From: Octopus vulgaris | Taxonomy: Eukaryota | Direction of reading: 5' to 3' | Assembly: GCA_951406725.2 (NCBI GenBank) | Contig: OX597839.1 | Location: 11,036,001-11,100,000 of the forward strand | DNA length: 64,000 nt | Shown here: positions 11,260 to 24,136 of the stretch, piece by piece | How positions within the stretch are numbered: the stretch's first letter is position 1 | Layout of the letters: each line of letters starts with the position of its first letter | Notes under the pieces: model-generated | Databases searched by the model: none | Told to the model about the DNA's origin: nothing | Seen by the model: the letters and a program-made list of their open reading frames with translations, nothing else | Made by a program: the position numbers and the translations under genes

Positions 11260-12550
11260 TTAAATATTTTTTCGTTGCTAGCAGAAGTCAACTGTATCTT
11301 CCCATGGTGCTTATTCATAACTAGATGTTCTGAGTTAGCAACAGTTAGTATTTAGACTCTGAACACAAAAGGTATGCTCGTTATCAGAGTTGAACTGTGA
11401 ACTGTCTGGCTCACAGGCTGATGATTTATTGATTTTAGTTGGCCATGATTAATGTAAAACTCTCATGGCTCTAAATATATTCTTGATTGTTGTATATGTT
11501 TGTTTAACCTTAGGTCATCACTGATCAAAAATGTTTCAGCCATGCCTATCCTGTCTTTTGTGACATAGTGTATTAGGAACTCCATTATTCAATGTGTTCT
11601 TTTTCTTTTAATCAAAAGGTATGATTTTAGGTTAATTTGGTTGCTATTTCTAGCAAGTTGGCTTGTATTATCATATTGGCTCATTGGCTTGGATTATCAT
11701 ATTGATAATTGCAAATAGAGCTTGATCCCTCTCTCTGCACTGTACATGTTGATCATCATCATTTTTTTGGCTATGAGCCTCTTGTCTGACAAAATACTTT
11801 TTTTAAACAATTATTCTGACAATCTTTTTTTTTCCTTCTTCTCCATCTTGTAATAATGTAAGTTCCCTCTCTTCTCACAACTCTTATTGATTGTTGCTTC
11901 TGTGTTTATGAGATTTTTATTATGATCAATTACATATACACATATAAAAGCATGTGTATGTATATGCACATGGTTTTTTTTGTTTTTTTTTTGTGTGCCA
12001 GCATGGTGAGCTGTGATGTGAGCCATAAATACTAGCAATAGCTGTGTTATTGATTCTTTAGCAGGGAGCTTATTTTCTGCATTAATACATTAATTCCTTG
12101 ATAATTAAATTCATTATCTTCTCAATTTTGTTTATTAATTGGTACTGGTCCTTAAAATATCTATAGCTCTGTATATCAGCCCATTCATTGAGCTACATTA
12201 GACAAGCCCAGTGTGTATTAGTTCCATCTCTTTATTGAAGTTCCACTGCACAATAGTCATCCAAGTAATGTTGTAGTTGTATAAGGCTCTTTACCCTCAG
12301 AGGCTCCACTTGCCTGCCTAGTTCAGCTCCCATGTTGAACTGTTAACCCCAGTAAAGAGTATGCTCACGTGACTATCAGGTCGAGGCATGTGACACAGCA
12401 ATTATATCAAACTTTCATTGCTGCAATAACAGGAATGTTGTAGCTCTTCCCGTTTTGCTTTATATTATAGTACATTGGATTTTTGTTATAATTCTTGTTT
12501 TTAAACACATGAGGACCGTGAAATGGTTAAATTGTCAAACTCATCTTTTA

Positions 12551-12631
12551 ACTTTTACTTGTTTTGGTCATTAAGCTACAGCCAAGTTGGACCACCACCT
12601 TGAAGAAATTTTAGTCAAATCGACCCCAGTA

Positions 12632-12673
<42 letters not shown>

Positions 12674-12948
12674 TGGTACATATTCTATCAATCTCTTTTG
12701 CCAAACTGTTAATTTACAGGGACATAAACACACCAACACTGGTTGTCAAGTGGTGGTGGGGGACAAACACACATACATACATATACGATGAGCTTCTTTC
12801 AGTTTCCATCTACCAAATCTGTTCACAAGGTTTTAGTCAGCCCAAGGTTATAGTAGAAGACACTTACCCAAGGTGCCACACTGTGGGTTTGAACCCAGAA
12901 CCATGTGGTTGGGAAGCAAGCTTCTTAACAAACAGCCATGCCTGTGCC
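12551..12948 (-). mobile_element. SINE-A, older subfamily
   Basis: Full-length alignment to younger copies with many CpG decays. Confidence 0.8.
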
Positions 12949-13205
12949 CATGGTGATTTTGTATTGATTAGTTTTGAAGCTCTTCTATTCTCATTGAGGC
13001 TATTTACATTCTGCATATATTGTAGAAGTCAAATGCACATGCTGCAGAAGCCAGCTGCACATGTTTCTGAAACCAGGTGCACATGTAGACGCCAGCTGCT
13101 CCAAACACTCTTCAACAACAAATGTAGTCAGTAAATATCTATACAAATCAGGTGTGGTCACACAGACTAAATATAGATTTAATGTTTTATAAAGTTTATC
13201 TAAGA

Positions 13206-13583
13206 CTAGCAGTATCGCCCGGCGTTGCTCAGGTTTGTAAGGGAAATAACTATAAAGCATTTTTAGAAAGTTATAGCCAAAAAATAGCAAAAAAATGGGA
13301 AAAAATGATGGTAAATTTTTGGTTAAAAAAGGTGGAGTTGCGTCCCCTAGACAGTTTGCGGTTTGTGTTTCTGATTCTTGACCCCATGTCGAATTTATCG
13401 ATTTTTTTCAGAACTGGGGGAACTTTTCAAAATTTTCGCTGCGTTAGTTTTGAATTATGACATTGGGCTATGTGTGTGTCAAGTTTCATCAGAATCGGTA
13501 GAAAGCCGTGGTCAGGGTGAGGGTACAAGCAAACAGACACACAGAAACACGCACAGACAAACTGCCGTTTATATATAGAGAGA
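13206..13583 (-). mobile_element. Non-autonomous Helitron (378 bp)
   Basis: Minus strand begins A|TC and ends CTAG|T, no TSD; subterminal hairpin CCCGGCGTTGCTCAGG at 13218-13233; GTCT/GTGT-type repeat near the 5' end; CpG-rich. Confidence 0.85.
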
Positions 13584-14420
13584 TCTAGTTGTTGTTGCAG
13601 GAGGTCATTTACCTATAGAAGCCGGTTCTCTTTTTTAAGAAAATGCGGTTAAAGAATCTTCCTGACCAGATGTATATAAGCCGATGGGGTTATAAAATGC
13701 TTCAGGCTGGATGCATATTTATTAATAAGGTTATACAATATCTTCAACTGGGTATGTAAACCAACAAAGTTATATAATTTTGTAATTAAGAATTATTTTC
13801 AATGTTTCAAAACCAAAATAAATAAATAAAAGAAATGCATAAATAACACAGAAAATGCATCTATTAAACTCAAATCTTGCTAAAGTCATCAAAACTGCTA
13901 TATTTTCCTTACAGATTTTTATAAACTAAGTACACCACAAAAGAATAGTTAGTTTAGCTCCTGTATTGAACGGCTAACCTCCCTAATGGTTAGCCTGTTA
14001 AAGTTGAAATGCTGCAACAGGACTTTTGTTAGATTGTCATATTGTCAGAGTGCTGTGAGTGACTACTGGTAGCATGTATTCCAGTAAAACCTGTTACATT
14101 GTTGGATCATAATTGACTAAAGTGGTTTGGTTAAGAGGGTTGCTTGAAACCCAAGGGGTTACAAACAGTATAGCAAATTCAGTGTTGTATAACATTCTCT
14201 ACGTACGAGCGAGTGAACAAACAAATGGAAGTAGCAGCCAATGCACATAGTTGGAGTTGTATCTACTGAGTAGCAAGCTGACTTAGTTCCCTATATTACT
14301 CAAAATCTTGTGGATGTGGAAAAAAACACAGGCAGCTCTTTGGACATTTAGAAATATTGCTTAACAAAACTTTAAGTAATATGAGGAGGGAAGTAAACCT
14401 CTAACCACACACACACACGC

Positions 14421-14468
14421 ACACTCACGTACGTACAGACACAACACACTCACGTACGTACAGACACA
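14421..14468. repeat. Two-copy tandem duplication, period 25
   Basis: ACACTCACGTACGTACAGACACA at 14421 and 14446. Confidence 0.85.
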
Positions 14469-15125
14469 CATATATCTGGTTTGAATATTTAAGTTTTATA
14501 TTTCATTTAAACATGGTTGATTAAATCTCATTGAGGACCAAATAAGCGTGGCATCGTCATTTGTGCATACGGTGTATATAATCTCTCATGGGTGTGTAGT
14601 GTCTGTCTTTGTGTGGGTGTATTCTGTCTATATCTATAAGCGTGTGGCTGTTTATAGATGTGTTACTTTTTGTTGTTTTTTCCTTCTCAGTGTGTGGATA
14701 TGTTGTAAAACTTAAATGATTAGATCTGATTGACTCGTTTACATAGTTGGCAGTGATTACTAATTTCATAGAATGAAGAATTCATATGATTAGATATAAT
14801 TAATTCATTTACTATTATGGTTTATTTTAAATATTAACATTTCCATATCAACACAGACTATTTAGTTTTGATCAATTGCTGACAAGCTATCTTGCTTAAT
14901 TAATTGTTTTGAAATTTGAGCCAGTTTCTTTCTCTGTTTATATTCACCCTCTTTGTTTACACTTGTCTTCCATTTGTTTAATCTACTGGGAACGCTCACA
15001 TCTTTGTGTGTGTGTGTGTGTGTGTGTGTGCTTGCATGCATGCATCTTCATTGGTATTACTTTTGAAGAGATGGAGTGAAGGAGGGCACCAGTAGCTGTA
15101 TTAACCATTGCCACCTTGCTATACC

Positions 15126-15342
15126 TATTTCTTTACTACCCACGAGGGGACAAACAAGGACAGACATAGGTATTAAGTCAATTACATCGACCCCAGTGCG
15201 TAACTGGTACTTAATTTATCGACCCTGAAAGGATGAAAGGCAAAGTCGACCTCGGCGGAATTTGAACTCAGAACGTAACGGCAGACAAATTACGGCTACG
15301 CATTTTGCCCGGCGTGCTAACGTTTCTGCCAGCTCGCCGCCT
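15126..15342 (-). mobile_element. SINE-B (tRNA-derived, MetaSINE-like central domain), full length
   Basis: Head GGCGGCGAGCTGGCAGAA, B-box GAGTTCAAATT, core CCGAGGTCGACTTTGCCTTTCATCCTTTC...GTCGATAAATTAAGTACCAG. Confidence 0.9.
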
Positions 15343-15527
15343 ACATCTATCTGTATATGTATCACGTTAGCATCTATAAACTGTGTCTGTCTAATAAAAA
15401 CCTTGCTATACCATATATGTGGCAGTTAAATATTTAAATTCATGAAGACAAGATTATAAAATTCATCAGCAGCAACAGCATTTTCACTGGTGACAGCTTA
15501 GGCGCATGTAATATGTTAGTTGGTTAC

Positions 15528-15752
15528 CTCTTTTGATGCCAACCTGCTTAAGACCACCCTTGATTCCATAATAGATACAAGATTCCTGTTTTAAAGTAAT
15601 CTAAATTGAGACCTTTCATCAAAATTTCACGTTAATTTATCTTCCAAACACCAGCTTAATAATGATTAAATTATCTTTCTAAATTCTTCATTGTTTCCAA
15701 AATTAATTGAAAGCATGGCATGTATTTCAATAGGAAGATGGTAGCAAAAGGA
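15528..15752. mobile_element. Older piggyBac-type MITE related to family B
   Basis: Aligns to 11034-11259; TTAA at 15753-15756. Confidence 0.7.
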
Positions 15753-16223
15753 TTAATGTATCTGATTCGTTTTGAGATTTAATTCTTCAAATTCTCTATG
15801 TATCACCCTACCATCTTGTCTTGGCTCTTTCTACATTTCTCTTTCCCACATAGGAGACAGCCAATATTCTCAATCTATCCTGACTTCTTTTTCTTGAGTT
15901 TTCTTTGGTCTGTCACTTCTGTGAGTATCTTGTTATGGCTTTGTTCATTTCTCATTTTCCAGCTGCTCATCTATCACGAGAGGGTATTTCAATTGGAATT
16001 TCAACAGTAGAAAGAAGGGTTTGGTTAAATTTGCATGTTACAACTAGAATTAAAATTGTTGATAGATGTGATGTTACTAGTACTATTAGCACTTCCACAT
16101 TCATCTCTTCTCATTAACATCCTCATCTACCTTCATTGATCTCAACCTGCTTTGTTAATTGCTACTGGAATCCAGTTCCATCTCTCTCTAATTGGCAAAT
16201 AGGCCTGTTATCTCCACCATTAA

Positions 16224-16444
16224 CCCTTTCGTTACCAACCCGGCCAAAACCGGCTCTGGTTCTGTAGTACAAATATCTTGTTTTCATAAGTTTTGCATTA
16301 AAATATACCACCAAACCCTAGTCACAATTTATGTTCCTAACATTAGCTTAATGATAACTAAGTTATTTTACTAAATTCTCTGTTATATTTAAAGTAATTG
16401 AAAGAAACATAGAGCATCTCAAAATAAATACAGTAATGAAAGGG
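16224..16444. mobile_element. piggyBac-type MITE, family B (221 bp)
   Basis: TTAA at 16220-16223 and 16445-16448; TIRs present. Confidence 0.92.
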
Positions 16445-16516
16445 TTAAAGTCTAAAGGACCTCTAGTTGTACAGATGTGTGTGTGTGTGTGTGTATACAA
16501 AGTGCATATGTTACAA

Positions 16517-16700
16517 ATGTTGTTATTGTTTTAACTCTGGGCCAGCTCTTGTTGACCATCCCATCCTTTCCATATGCACAGAGAACCCAAAAAAGACACA
16601 TTGTAAAATGTTTCATTTTCTATGATGATGGAATGTGATTTTGTAGATATTTGGCTGCTATTTCTAGCAGATTCTGTGACCACATATTGGTGCTCCTTCA
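16517..16700 (-). mobile_element. SINE-E-like old repeat with (AAC)n tail
   Basis: CTGCTAGAAATAGCAGCCAAAT core; related degenerate pieces at 1-28, ~2975-3530, ~11500-11665, ~32710-32945 and ~41180-41370. Confidence 0.6.
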
Positions 16701-16707
16701 ATTACAG

Positions 16708-17004
16708 CGATGAGTATTCCAGTTGATTTGATCAACGGAACAGCCTGCTTGTAAAATTAGCATGCGAGTGGCTGAGCACTCTACAAACACGAGTACCCTT
16801 AACATGGTTCTCAGGAAGATTCAGCATGGTAGACTGTAACAAGGCCGACCCTTTGAATTATAAGTACGACTCATTTTTTGCCAGCTGAGTGGATTGGAGC
16901 AATATGAAAATAAAGAGACCTTCTGGATACAATGCACCATTGGGAATTGAACTCACAGCCTTGCGATTGTGAGCCAAAATACCCTAACCACTAAGCCATG
17001 TGCC
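16708..17004 (-). mobile_element. SINE-D (tRNA-derived; possible Nin/Deu-like domain)
   Basis: A-box TGGCTTAGTGG, B-box GAGTTCAATTC, then TTGCTCCA.TCCACTCAGCTG; fragments at ~29408-29540 and ~31835-31958. Confidence 0.75.
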
Positions 17005-17035
17005 TTCATGATGTAGTAGGCTGTTTATTCTTCAT

Positions 17036-17198
17036 ATTCTTTCAAATTCTGCCGAGGTCGACTTTGCCTTTCATCCTTTCGGGGGTTGATAAATTAAGTA
17101 CCAGTTATGCACTGAGATCGATGTAATCGACTTAATACCTTTGTCTGTCCTTGTTTGTCCCCTCTATGTTTAGCCCCTTGTGGGTAATAAAGAAATAC
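17036..17198 (+). mobile_element. SINE-B, 5'-truncated, with 13-bp TSD
   Basis: TSD GTTTATTCTTCAT at 17023-17035 and 17199-17211. Confidence 0.9.
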
Positions 17199-18029
17199 GT
17201 TTATTCTTCATGTCTGTAACAAGGTCTCCTTTCAGCATCCCCTACTCTTAACACTCTTCTAATGTTCTTTCTTCCATAAGCGTAAGTTTATCAGGTTGTC
17301 TCCTTAACACTAGGCCTTCTATCCATTACTATGCATAGATGTAATGGTATTCAGGATTCTTCTCGACCTCTTCCACACTTAATTATTAAGCCTTGTCTAG
17401 CCATAGTAAGCTGGAAGAATTTACCATTACGGTGGTCATTGTTAGAGGGAGTTGGAAGGAAGGTTATAGGAAACATACACATGTTGCATGGACACCGACA
17501 GACAATGAATGTACACGTACACCTACATAGACACACACACACACACACACACATGCATGCACATCTTACACATGTTGACACATCAGCTAGAGACATTTTC
17601 TGGACATCACAGAAAGGAAGCTGCAACCATTGAAACTGGGTAGGAAGTGGGGTGTCGGGGATTGTGTATATGCAGGATGGCGGACTCGTACAGTAGCAGA
17701 CACTGTGAGGGTGGGGATGGGGGTTGGCCGATGGTGATGATTGAGGGGGATTCAAAACACAGATCAACTGTTTCGATCAATACAGCTCTGCGGCATCTTT
17801 GATCGTTAAGGTTTGCCTGCTAGACTTCTTGGGTTACTCAGCATCACTATTTGTTAATAATTAATTGCCATTTTAATGAAGGGAAATTATAGAATAGCAG
17901 CATGAAGCTATCGATTGTGTTTGTCTTTTATTTCCATCCTTTGATGCTCTCTAATGATAACGGATAGAGGCATCCTTCACCCAGCTCTCTTACTCTTGGT
18001 GACTGGGCTTCTTCTTGCTGTTGTTAGTG

Positions 18030-18043
18030 TATTATCATAGCTG

Positions 18044-18076
<33 letters not shown>

Positions 18077-18282
18077 GGAGTATCTACATAATCCTCATCA
18101 TCAATATTGCCAATGCCATCATCAACATAACCATCATCATTAATATGATCATCATCACCGTTACCGCTACCATAATAATGATGATAATCATAACCATCAT
18201 CATAGCTGTCATCATCATCTTAGGCATCATCATCATCATCATCAGCATTATCATAATCATCAATTTGATCATCATTGTCATT
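18030..18282. repeat. Degenerate (ATC)n tract
   Basis: Direct inspection. Confidence 0.85.
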
Positions 18283-19203
18283 TTTTCCTTTCTTTTTGAG
18301 TAGAAATATTGTGTTTTCTAGTGATAACTTGGATTTTGGCACACGCTAATTAGTTTCCCTTCACCTGGAAATAAATACAAAAATAAAATAGAATATCTGA
18401 AAATCAATGCTGTGTTTGAGAAGCTGCTAATTCAATATAAGAGACAGGGTTGTTGTTTTTCCTTTTTTTTTTTTATAGATTTCTTTATATATTTCTTTAA
18501 AGTGTTCACCTGGTAGAGAGAGAGAGCTCTGAAAGCTTTTCTTTAATCTACTCTGCACTTCTAATGAGACGGAAGATAATGAAGCAGTTAGCTCACTGCA
18601 CCCAGGGACTTTCAAAGGAAAAAGCTAAGTTAGTGTTAACATATTTAATGCAGGGAGCATTAAATATGCTAACTAGGAATAATTATGCGGTGAGGAAAAA
18701 ACAATATTGCTCAATGGCCTAATATCATTTTAATTATTCTGGCAAGTGCAGGGGAATAACTCTGAGCAGGAGGAGGGGAAAATATAAATTGATTTTATGA
18801 AAAAAAAAATTTTTTTCCCCTTTCTTTTATGAGAGTTTTTGTCCTTATTTTCCTCTCTATCTAGCAACACACTAACACTTAAAATATTACTATGAATAGT
18901 TTCTAGACCAATTTGCAATCATAGTTGTGAAGTAAAGACCATTTTGCTTGTTGCTTCAGATACCTTTGCTCTGATAGTGTTGTTAAAGCTGTTGGTTGAT
19001 TTATTCAGGTCACCTGTTGTTTTTCATTGCTACTAGTTTGCAGCAAACTGGTCGAGTCGTTGGTGTGCTGGATAGAACACCGCTGTGTAGTATGCATTCT
19101 GCTTCTTAGCATTCTACTGTGTTCAGATTCTACTGTGGTCTTTTTTGACTTGATCCTTTCATCATCCTCATTTACTATCTGGTGCCATATGTCGCCACAA
19201 GTA

Positions 19204-19342
19204 CAAGTAAGTAAGTACATCCAGCCATAAAAACCATACCAAAACAGGCAATTGGAGCATCAGCAGCTCTCTGGCTGGCCATCACCTGTCAAACTGCCCA
19301 ACCCATGCCAGCATGGAGAACAGCATTAAATAATGATGATGT
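19204..19342 (+). mobile_element. SINE-C 3' part
   Basis: CATCCAGCC...CCAACCCATGCCAGCATGGAGAACAG...ATGATGATG. Confidence 0.75.
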
Positions 19343-19420
19343 TCAATGCTAGCCTGGATTAGACATTTTGATAGGATCTGATGGAACCAAGGTTTTCTGC
19401 ATCATGCCCCACAGCCCATA

Positions 19421-19804
19421 GGCGTACGAGTGGCTGTGTGGTAAGTAGCTTGCTAACCAACCACATGGTTCCAGGTTCAGTCCCACTGCGTGGCATCTTG
19501 AGCAAGTGTCTTCTGCTATAGCCCCGGGCCGACCAATGCCTTGTGAATGGATTTGGTAGATGGAAACTGAAAGAAGCCCGTCGTATATATGTATATATTT
19601 GTGTGTTTGTCCCCCTAGCATTGCTTGACAACCGATGCTGGTGTGTTTACGTCCCCGTCACTTAGCGGTTCGGCAAAAGAGACCGATAGAATAAGTACTG
19701 GGCTTACAAAGAATAAGTCCTGGGGTTGATTTTCTCGACTAAAGGTGGTGCTCCAGCATGGCCACAGTCAAATGACTGAAACAAGTAAAAGAGTAAAAGA
19801 GAGA
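19421..19804 (+). mobile_element. SINE-A, full length, young subfamily
   Basis: Head GGCGTACGAGTGGCTGTGTGG through tail GTAAAAGAGTAAAAGAG; nested in a minus-strand SINE-C remnant. Confidence 0.92.
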
Positions 19805-20849
19805 GGGTCTGCTTTGGTGTGGTTTCTATGACTGGATGTCCTTTCTGCAGCCAACCACTTTACAGCATGTACTGGCTACTTTTTCTCATATAAGCTGAGT
19901 AGCAGTTCATAGGTGCAGCACTTGGAGTTTGGGTGGGTAGTGGTTGCAAGAGTGTAAGAGAGAGTGAGAGATGGGGAATGAGGGGTGAATATAACGAATG
20001 AAGAATTGTTGAGTGGATGATAAATAGGGGAAGTAGGTGACAACTGTTCAGTGAATAAATAAAGTACCAGTCCTTCAGTTATTGATTCTTCTCTTTCTCT
20101 CTGGAAGAAATTGGCGTGTTTAAATTGCACAAGTCAGTATTGTGTGTCACAACATCGACCCCTATGACTTCATCAGGAGTTAAATTCCTTACCCATATGT
20201 GTCTAGCTGCAACACACGCTTGCACTGCTTGCCACAATACTTGACAGGTGGATTGCAACTCTCCTGAAAATGTGGCTGTTAGTGAAAATATTGGTGACAG
20301 TAGGTGTTTCAGACTAACAAACAGTCTAAGGTAAAGAAATAGACAAAAAAAAAAAGAAAGAAAAAACAAAGACGAGTATTAAAAGATTAAAATTAACCAG
20401 TTGTTGTGATTAGTCTTTAGTCAGTTATCTCCTAGAACTATGATGAAATAAATTGCAGTGATGATTGATGACCATAATGGAATCATCTAATTATAGTTAC
20501 TTCATCCAGCTGATGAATGGCTGTGAATATTGAACAAATCACTCACTGCCAAGCAACTCAAAGTTATAAGCATAAATGTTCCAATACCTGTGGCATTTAA
20601 TAAATTTACTCTTCTATTTCCAATGATATTGAGGTCTACTTTTGTTGTTACACACATGACTTGTTGAGATATATGTATACATATGCACAACAAGCTTCTT
20701 CCACTTTCTGCCTACCAAATTCACTTACAAGGCTTTGGTTGGCCCAGGCCTACAGAACAAGACACTTACCCAAGGTGCCACACAGTAGAACTGAGCCCAA
20801 ACCTCTTTATTAGGAAGCATCTCAACCACACCTGTACCTATATATTTTT

Positions 20850-21072
20850 GAGCTGGCAGCAATGTTAGCATGCCAGGCGAAATGCGTAACCGTATTTCGT
20901 CTGCCGTTACGCTCTGAGCTCAAATTCCGCCGAGGTCGACTTTGCCTTTCATCCATTCGGGGTCAATAAATAAAGTACCAGTGTTGCACTGGGGTCAATG
21001 TAATCGACTTGATCCCTTTGTCTGTCCTTGTTTGTCCCCTCTATGTTTAGCCCTTTGTGGGCAGTAAAGAAA
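20850..21072 (+). mobile_element. SINE-B, near full length
   Basis: Aligns to 15126-15342; flanked by an ATATATATTTTT-like repeat on both sides. Confidence 0.88.
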
Positions 21073-21296
21073 TATATATATTTTTTCTTGTTCTTCTTGT
21101 CTTATACTCCAAATTTCTTGAAATTCTTCTAAGCGATTCTTGGATTGACTTGTCATACACGAAGTATTACCTTGGATGTTACTTCTATTTGAACTTATTG
21201 GTATCTGATTGTTTGATAAAATGGACCAAATTTGTATAACACTGAGTGCTTTATAGACATTTGCATGGATTTATCAGTCCATATCACTTTATATAT

Positions 21297-21719
21297 ACAG
21301 TCGAACCAATTCTACTATATGGCTCAGAAACCTGGATGTTATCAAAGAAGCTTGAGAGGCAGTTGGATGGAACTTACACTTGCCTCCTTATGAGAGCTCA
21401 AAATCTCTCGTGGAAGCGTCATCCAACCAAAATGCAAATATATGGAAAACTACCACCCATGTCATCTCTTGTGAAAGGTAGGAGAGTCCAGTTTGCAGGA
21501 CATTGTTGTAGAGCTGAAAACGAGGCAATTTCTACTCTTCTCCTCTGGAAGCCATCTACTCACGATATCAGAGGGCGCACACTCTCCTACCCTGATGTAA
21601 TCTCCAGGGATACAGGCATCTAGCAACAATACCTCCGTAATGCTATGATGGACCGTGAAGTCTGGCGTAGCATGGTAAATTCCATTGTCTCGACCACGGT
21701 CGAACAATGATGATGATGA
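21297..21719 (+). mobile_element. RTE-clade LINE 3' fragment (lineage 1)
   Basis: TVEPILLYGSETW...RRVQFAGHC...DREVWR C-terminal RTE motifs; one internal stop; (TGA)n tail. Confidence 0.92.
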
Positions 21720-22339
21720 CATACACATATATGATGTATATAAGTACATATATAATGCATGTTTTCTGTCTACAAAATTCCCCTCACACGGAATCGGTCA
21801 ACTCAAAGCTATGGTGGAGAACATTTGCACAAGATGCTACACTGTGGGTCAAACCCAGGAGCCACTTAACTGTAAAATAAATATTTCTTAACCACACAGC
21901 CATGTCCGCATCCACTTGCAGCTGATTTGACCTCTCACCCCACCTCAAATATTGACTGGCTTAAACCTTGTCCTATGTGGTTGTGTAGGTTTTGCCCATA
22001 CTATCTCATTATATGAAGTTTCTACCAATCAACGCTATAAATATTGATGGAATTTTTCACCTACATGGTGGTTCTCTCTGTTCAGCAATTTCACAAGTCA
22101 ATTATATTTTTACATAAGTTTTGATCTAGGTGCTAACATGGACTGGTGTAAAATTACATAAATAGACTTTGTCTCATGTTACAAATGGCAGCCATAAAAA
22201 TATTCTCTCATACATAATAAACACTATTATTTTACCTCTGGGATTTTTTTTTGTGTATTTTTCGTTTCTTTGTTGTTGTTTTTTTTTCTTGGTAGAGGTT
22301 TACATTCCACTCTGGAGAGAAAAGAGACTGCCCACAGCC

Positions 22340-22372
<33 letters not shown>

Positions 22373-22454
22373 GCCATTCCAGATTTGGTCAGTCAAGTCA
22401 GTGCAGTTGACCAGCTTGACCTTCTGTTGGTTGATTTCTGTAGATCTTGTTTAA

Positions 22455-22675
22455 CCCTTTAGCATTTAAACCGGCCATATCCGGCAAAAAGTATTCTACC
22501 TGTTTTATGTTCAAAATGGCCAGATCTGGTCTCTCACACCAACCCTACAATATTGTTTCAAAAATTAACAGCTACTTCATCAAAACCTCATAACTACAAG
22601 ATAATGCATGATTAGTTCAAAACAATGTGAATAAAAAAGCATTCATTTTGGCAGAATAATGCGAACACTAAAGGG
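22455..22675. mobile_element. piggyBac-type MITE, family A (221 bp), opposite orientation to the 843 copy
   Basis: TTAA|CCCTTTAG...CTAAAGGG|TTTA. Confidence 0.9.
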
Positions 22676-22769
22676 TTTAGGAGGAGTAGCTGGTGTAGTA
22701 ACAATAGAAAAGACAGAGCAAGGAGACAGTTGGACTTTATAGTACCTCTCCTTTCCCATGTCTGAATGC

Positions 22770-23010
22770 ATCATCATCATCATTTAACATCTGTTTTCTA
22801 TGTTGTCATTGGTCGGTCAGTTTGACTGGAGCTGTCCAGACTTCAACTTGTCTGTTGTGGCATGATTTCTACAACTGGATGCCTTTCCTAACACCAACCA
22901 CTTTACAGGGTGTGCTGGGATCTTTTTACATTCCACTGTCACGGGTGCATTTATGCTACACAGGTATGAGTGCATTTTATGTGGCACACTGGCACCTGTA
23001 AAGGACAAGT
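22770..23010 (-). mobile_element. SINE-C fragment
   Basis: (CAT)n tail plus CTGGATGCCTTTCCTAACACCAACCACTTTACAG core. Confidence 0.75.
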
Positions 23011-24136
23011 GTGTATGTATGGATGAAAAATGCATAGCTTAATCAGGATTTGTGCAAAGTAAAAACATGTCCAGCCACTGTGTTGTTGATCATGTGAAAG
23101 ACCACAGGAATATGTATATTACTTTTAAATAAGGGTTAGCCACAGGAAAGCCGTCTGTGGCTGTTGAAGAATACTGCCTCAACAAAGTCATGTCCAACCC
23201 ATGCCAACATCGAAAAAGTAAGTATAAAAAGGATGGTGACAATAAGGTTGATTGACTAGATGCATACATGCACAGACAGTGCATATTACTGGTACTTGAC
23301 TGATATCTCTAATTTTGAGGTGGAGTAGGTCATAGAAGTTGACTTATGGTGTTATTTCACAATGAAACGGGATAAAGTGATGTATCTTAGCCAGTGTTCA
23401 TTTTACAGCCTCAGCAAGCTACATTGCTGCTGTGAAAGAAATACTTCTTAAAGAAACTTCTATGACAAATTACACACGCATATACACACATACACTTATT
23501 ATATACAAATGTGTGTTTGTTCACTGACATACACACACCCCCTTTTTCTCTGCGGCTGCCTCTTGAGAGTTAGAAAACAATACATTGTAATATATCTTTT
23601 TGACATGCATATTTCTCTGAATGTGTGTGTGTGTGTGTGAGATGTAGGATGTTTATGGTGTTATGTGTGAAAACATTAACATGCTCAGTACATTTTAGGA
23701 AATATGTAACGTGTGTATGTGTGTGTGCATGTGTGAATATAATGTGTAAAAAAAAAGAGATCCGTAATTTTTTTCACACATAAAACCATAAACATATGCA
23801 TCTTTAGAGAGATTTATATGTATAAGGATGTATATGTTAATATTTTTAGGTGTGAAAACATGAATTTGTCCCATAAATGTTAGCAGAAAATTTTGTGGAA
23901 TGTGTGTGTGTGTATGTGTGTATGCATGTGCCCACTCACTCAGTCGCCATTTTTGTTCATTTCGCCATGCTTGCATAGGTTGGATAGGTCTTCTCCAACC
24001 CAGCACAGGATCTTACCACTTGATGCGGTCCATGGTCAGCTCTCTCACGAGGCCTATTTTTACTGGGGTTTTTCCCTAGTATTTTCCTTGGTCAGTCTTC
24101 TTCATCCTCATATTCTTTTCATTTGGATTACATACC

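Noticed and set aside
13027-13131. Compositionally balanced, exon-like segment
   Set aside because: No recognisable peptide in any frame and a weak donor site; cannot be supported without RNA data.
16930-17004. tRNA genes at SINE heads
   Set aside because: A and B boxes are present but there is no complete cloverleaf, and each continues into a SINE body.
19009-19206. Exon-like segment (TTCAG|...|GTAAGT) with an open frame
   Set aside because: The peptide is unrecognisable, part resembles a decayed SINE-B, and no partner exons were found.
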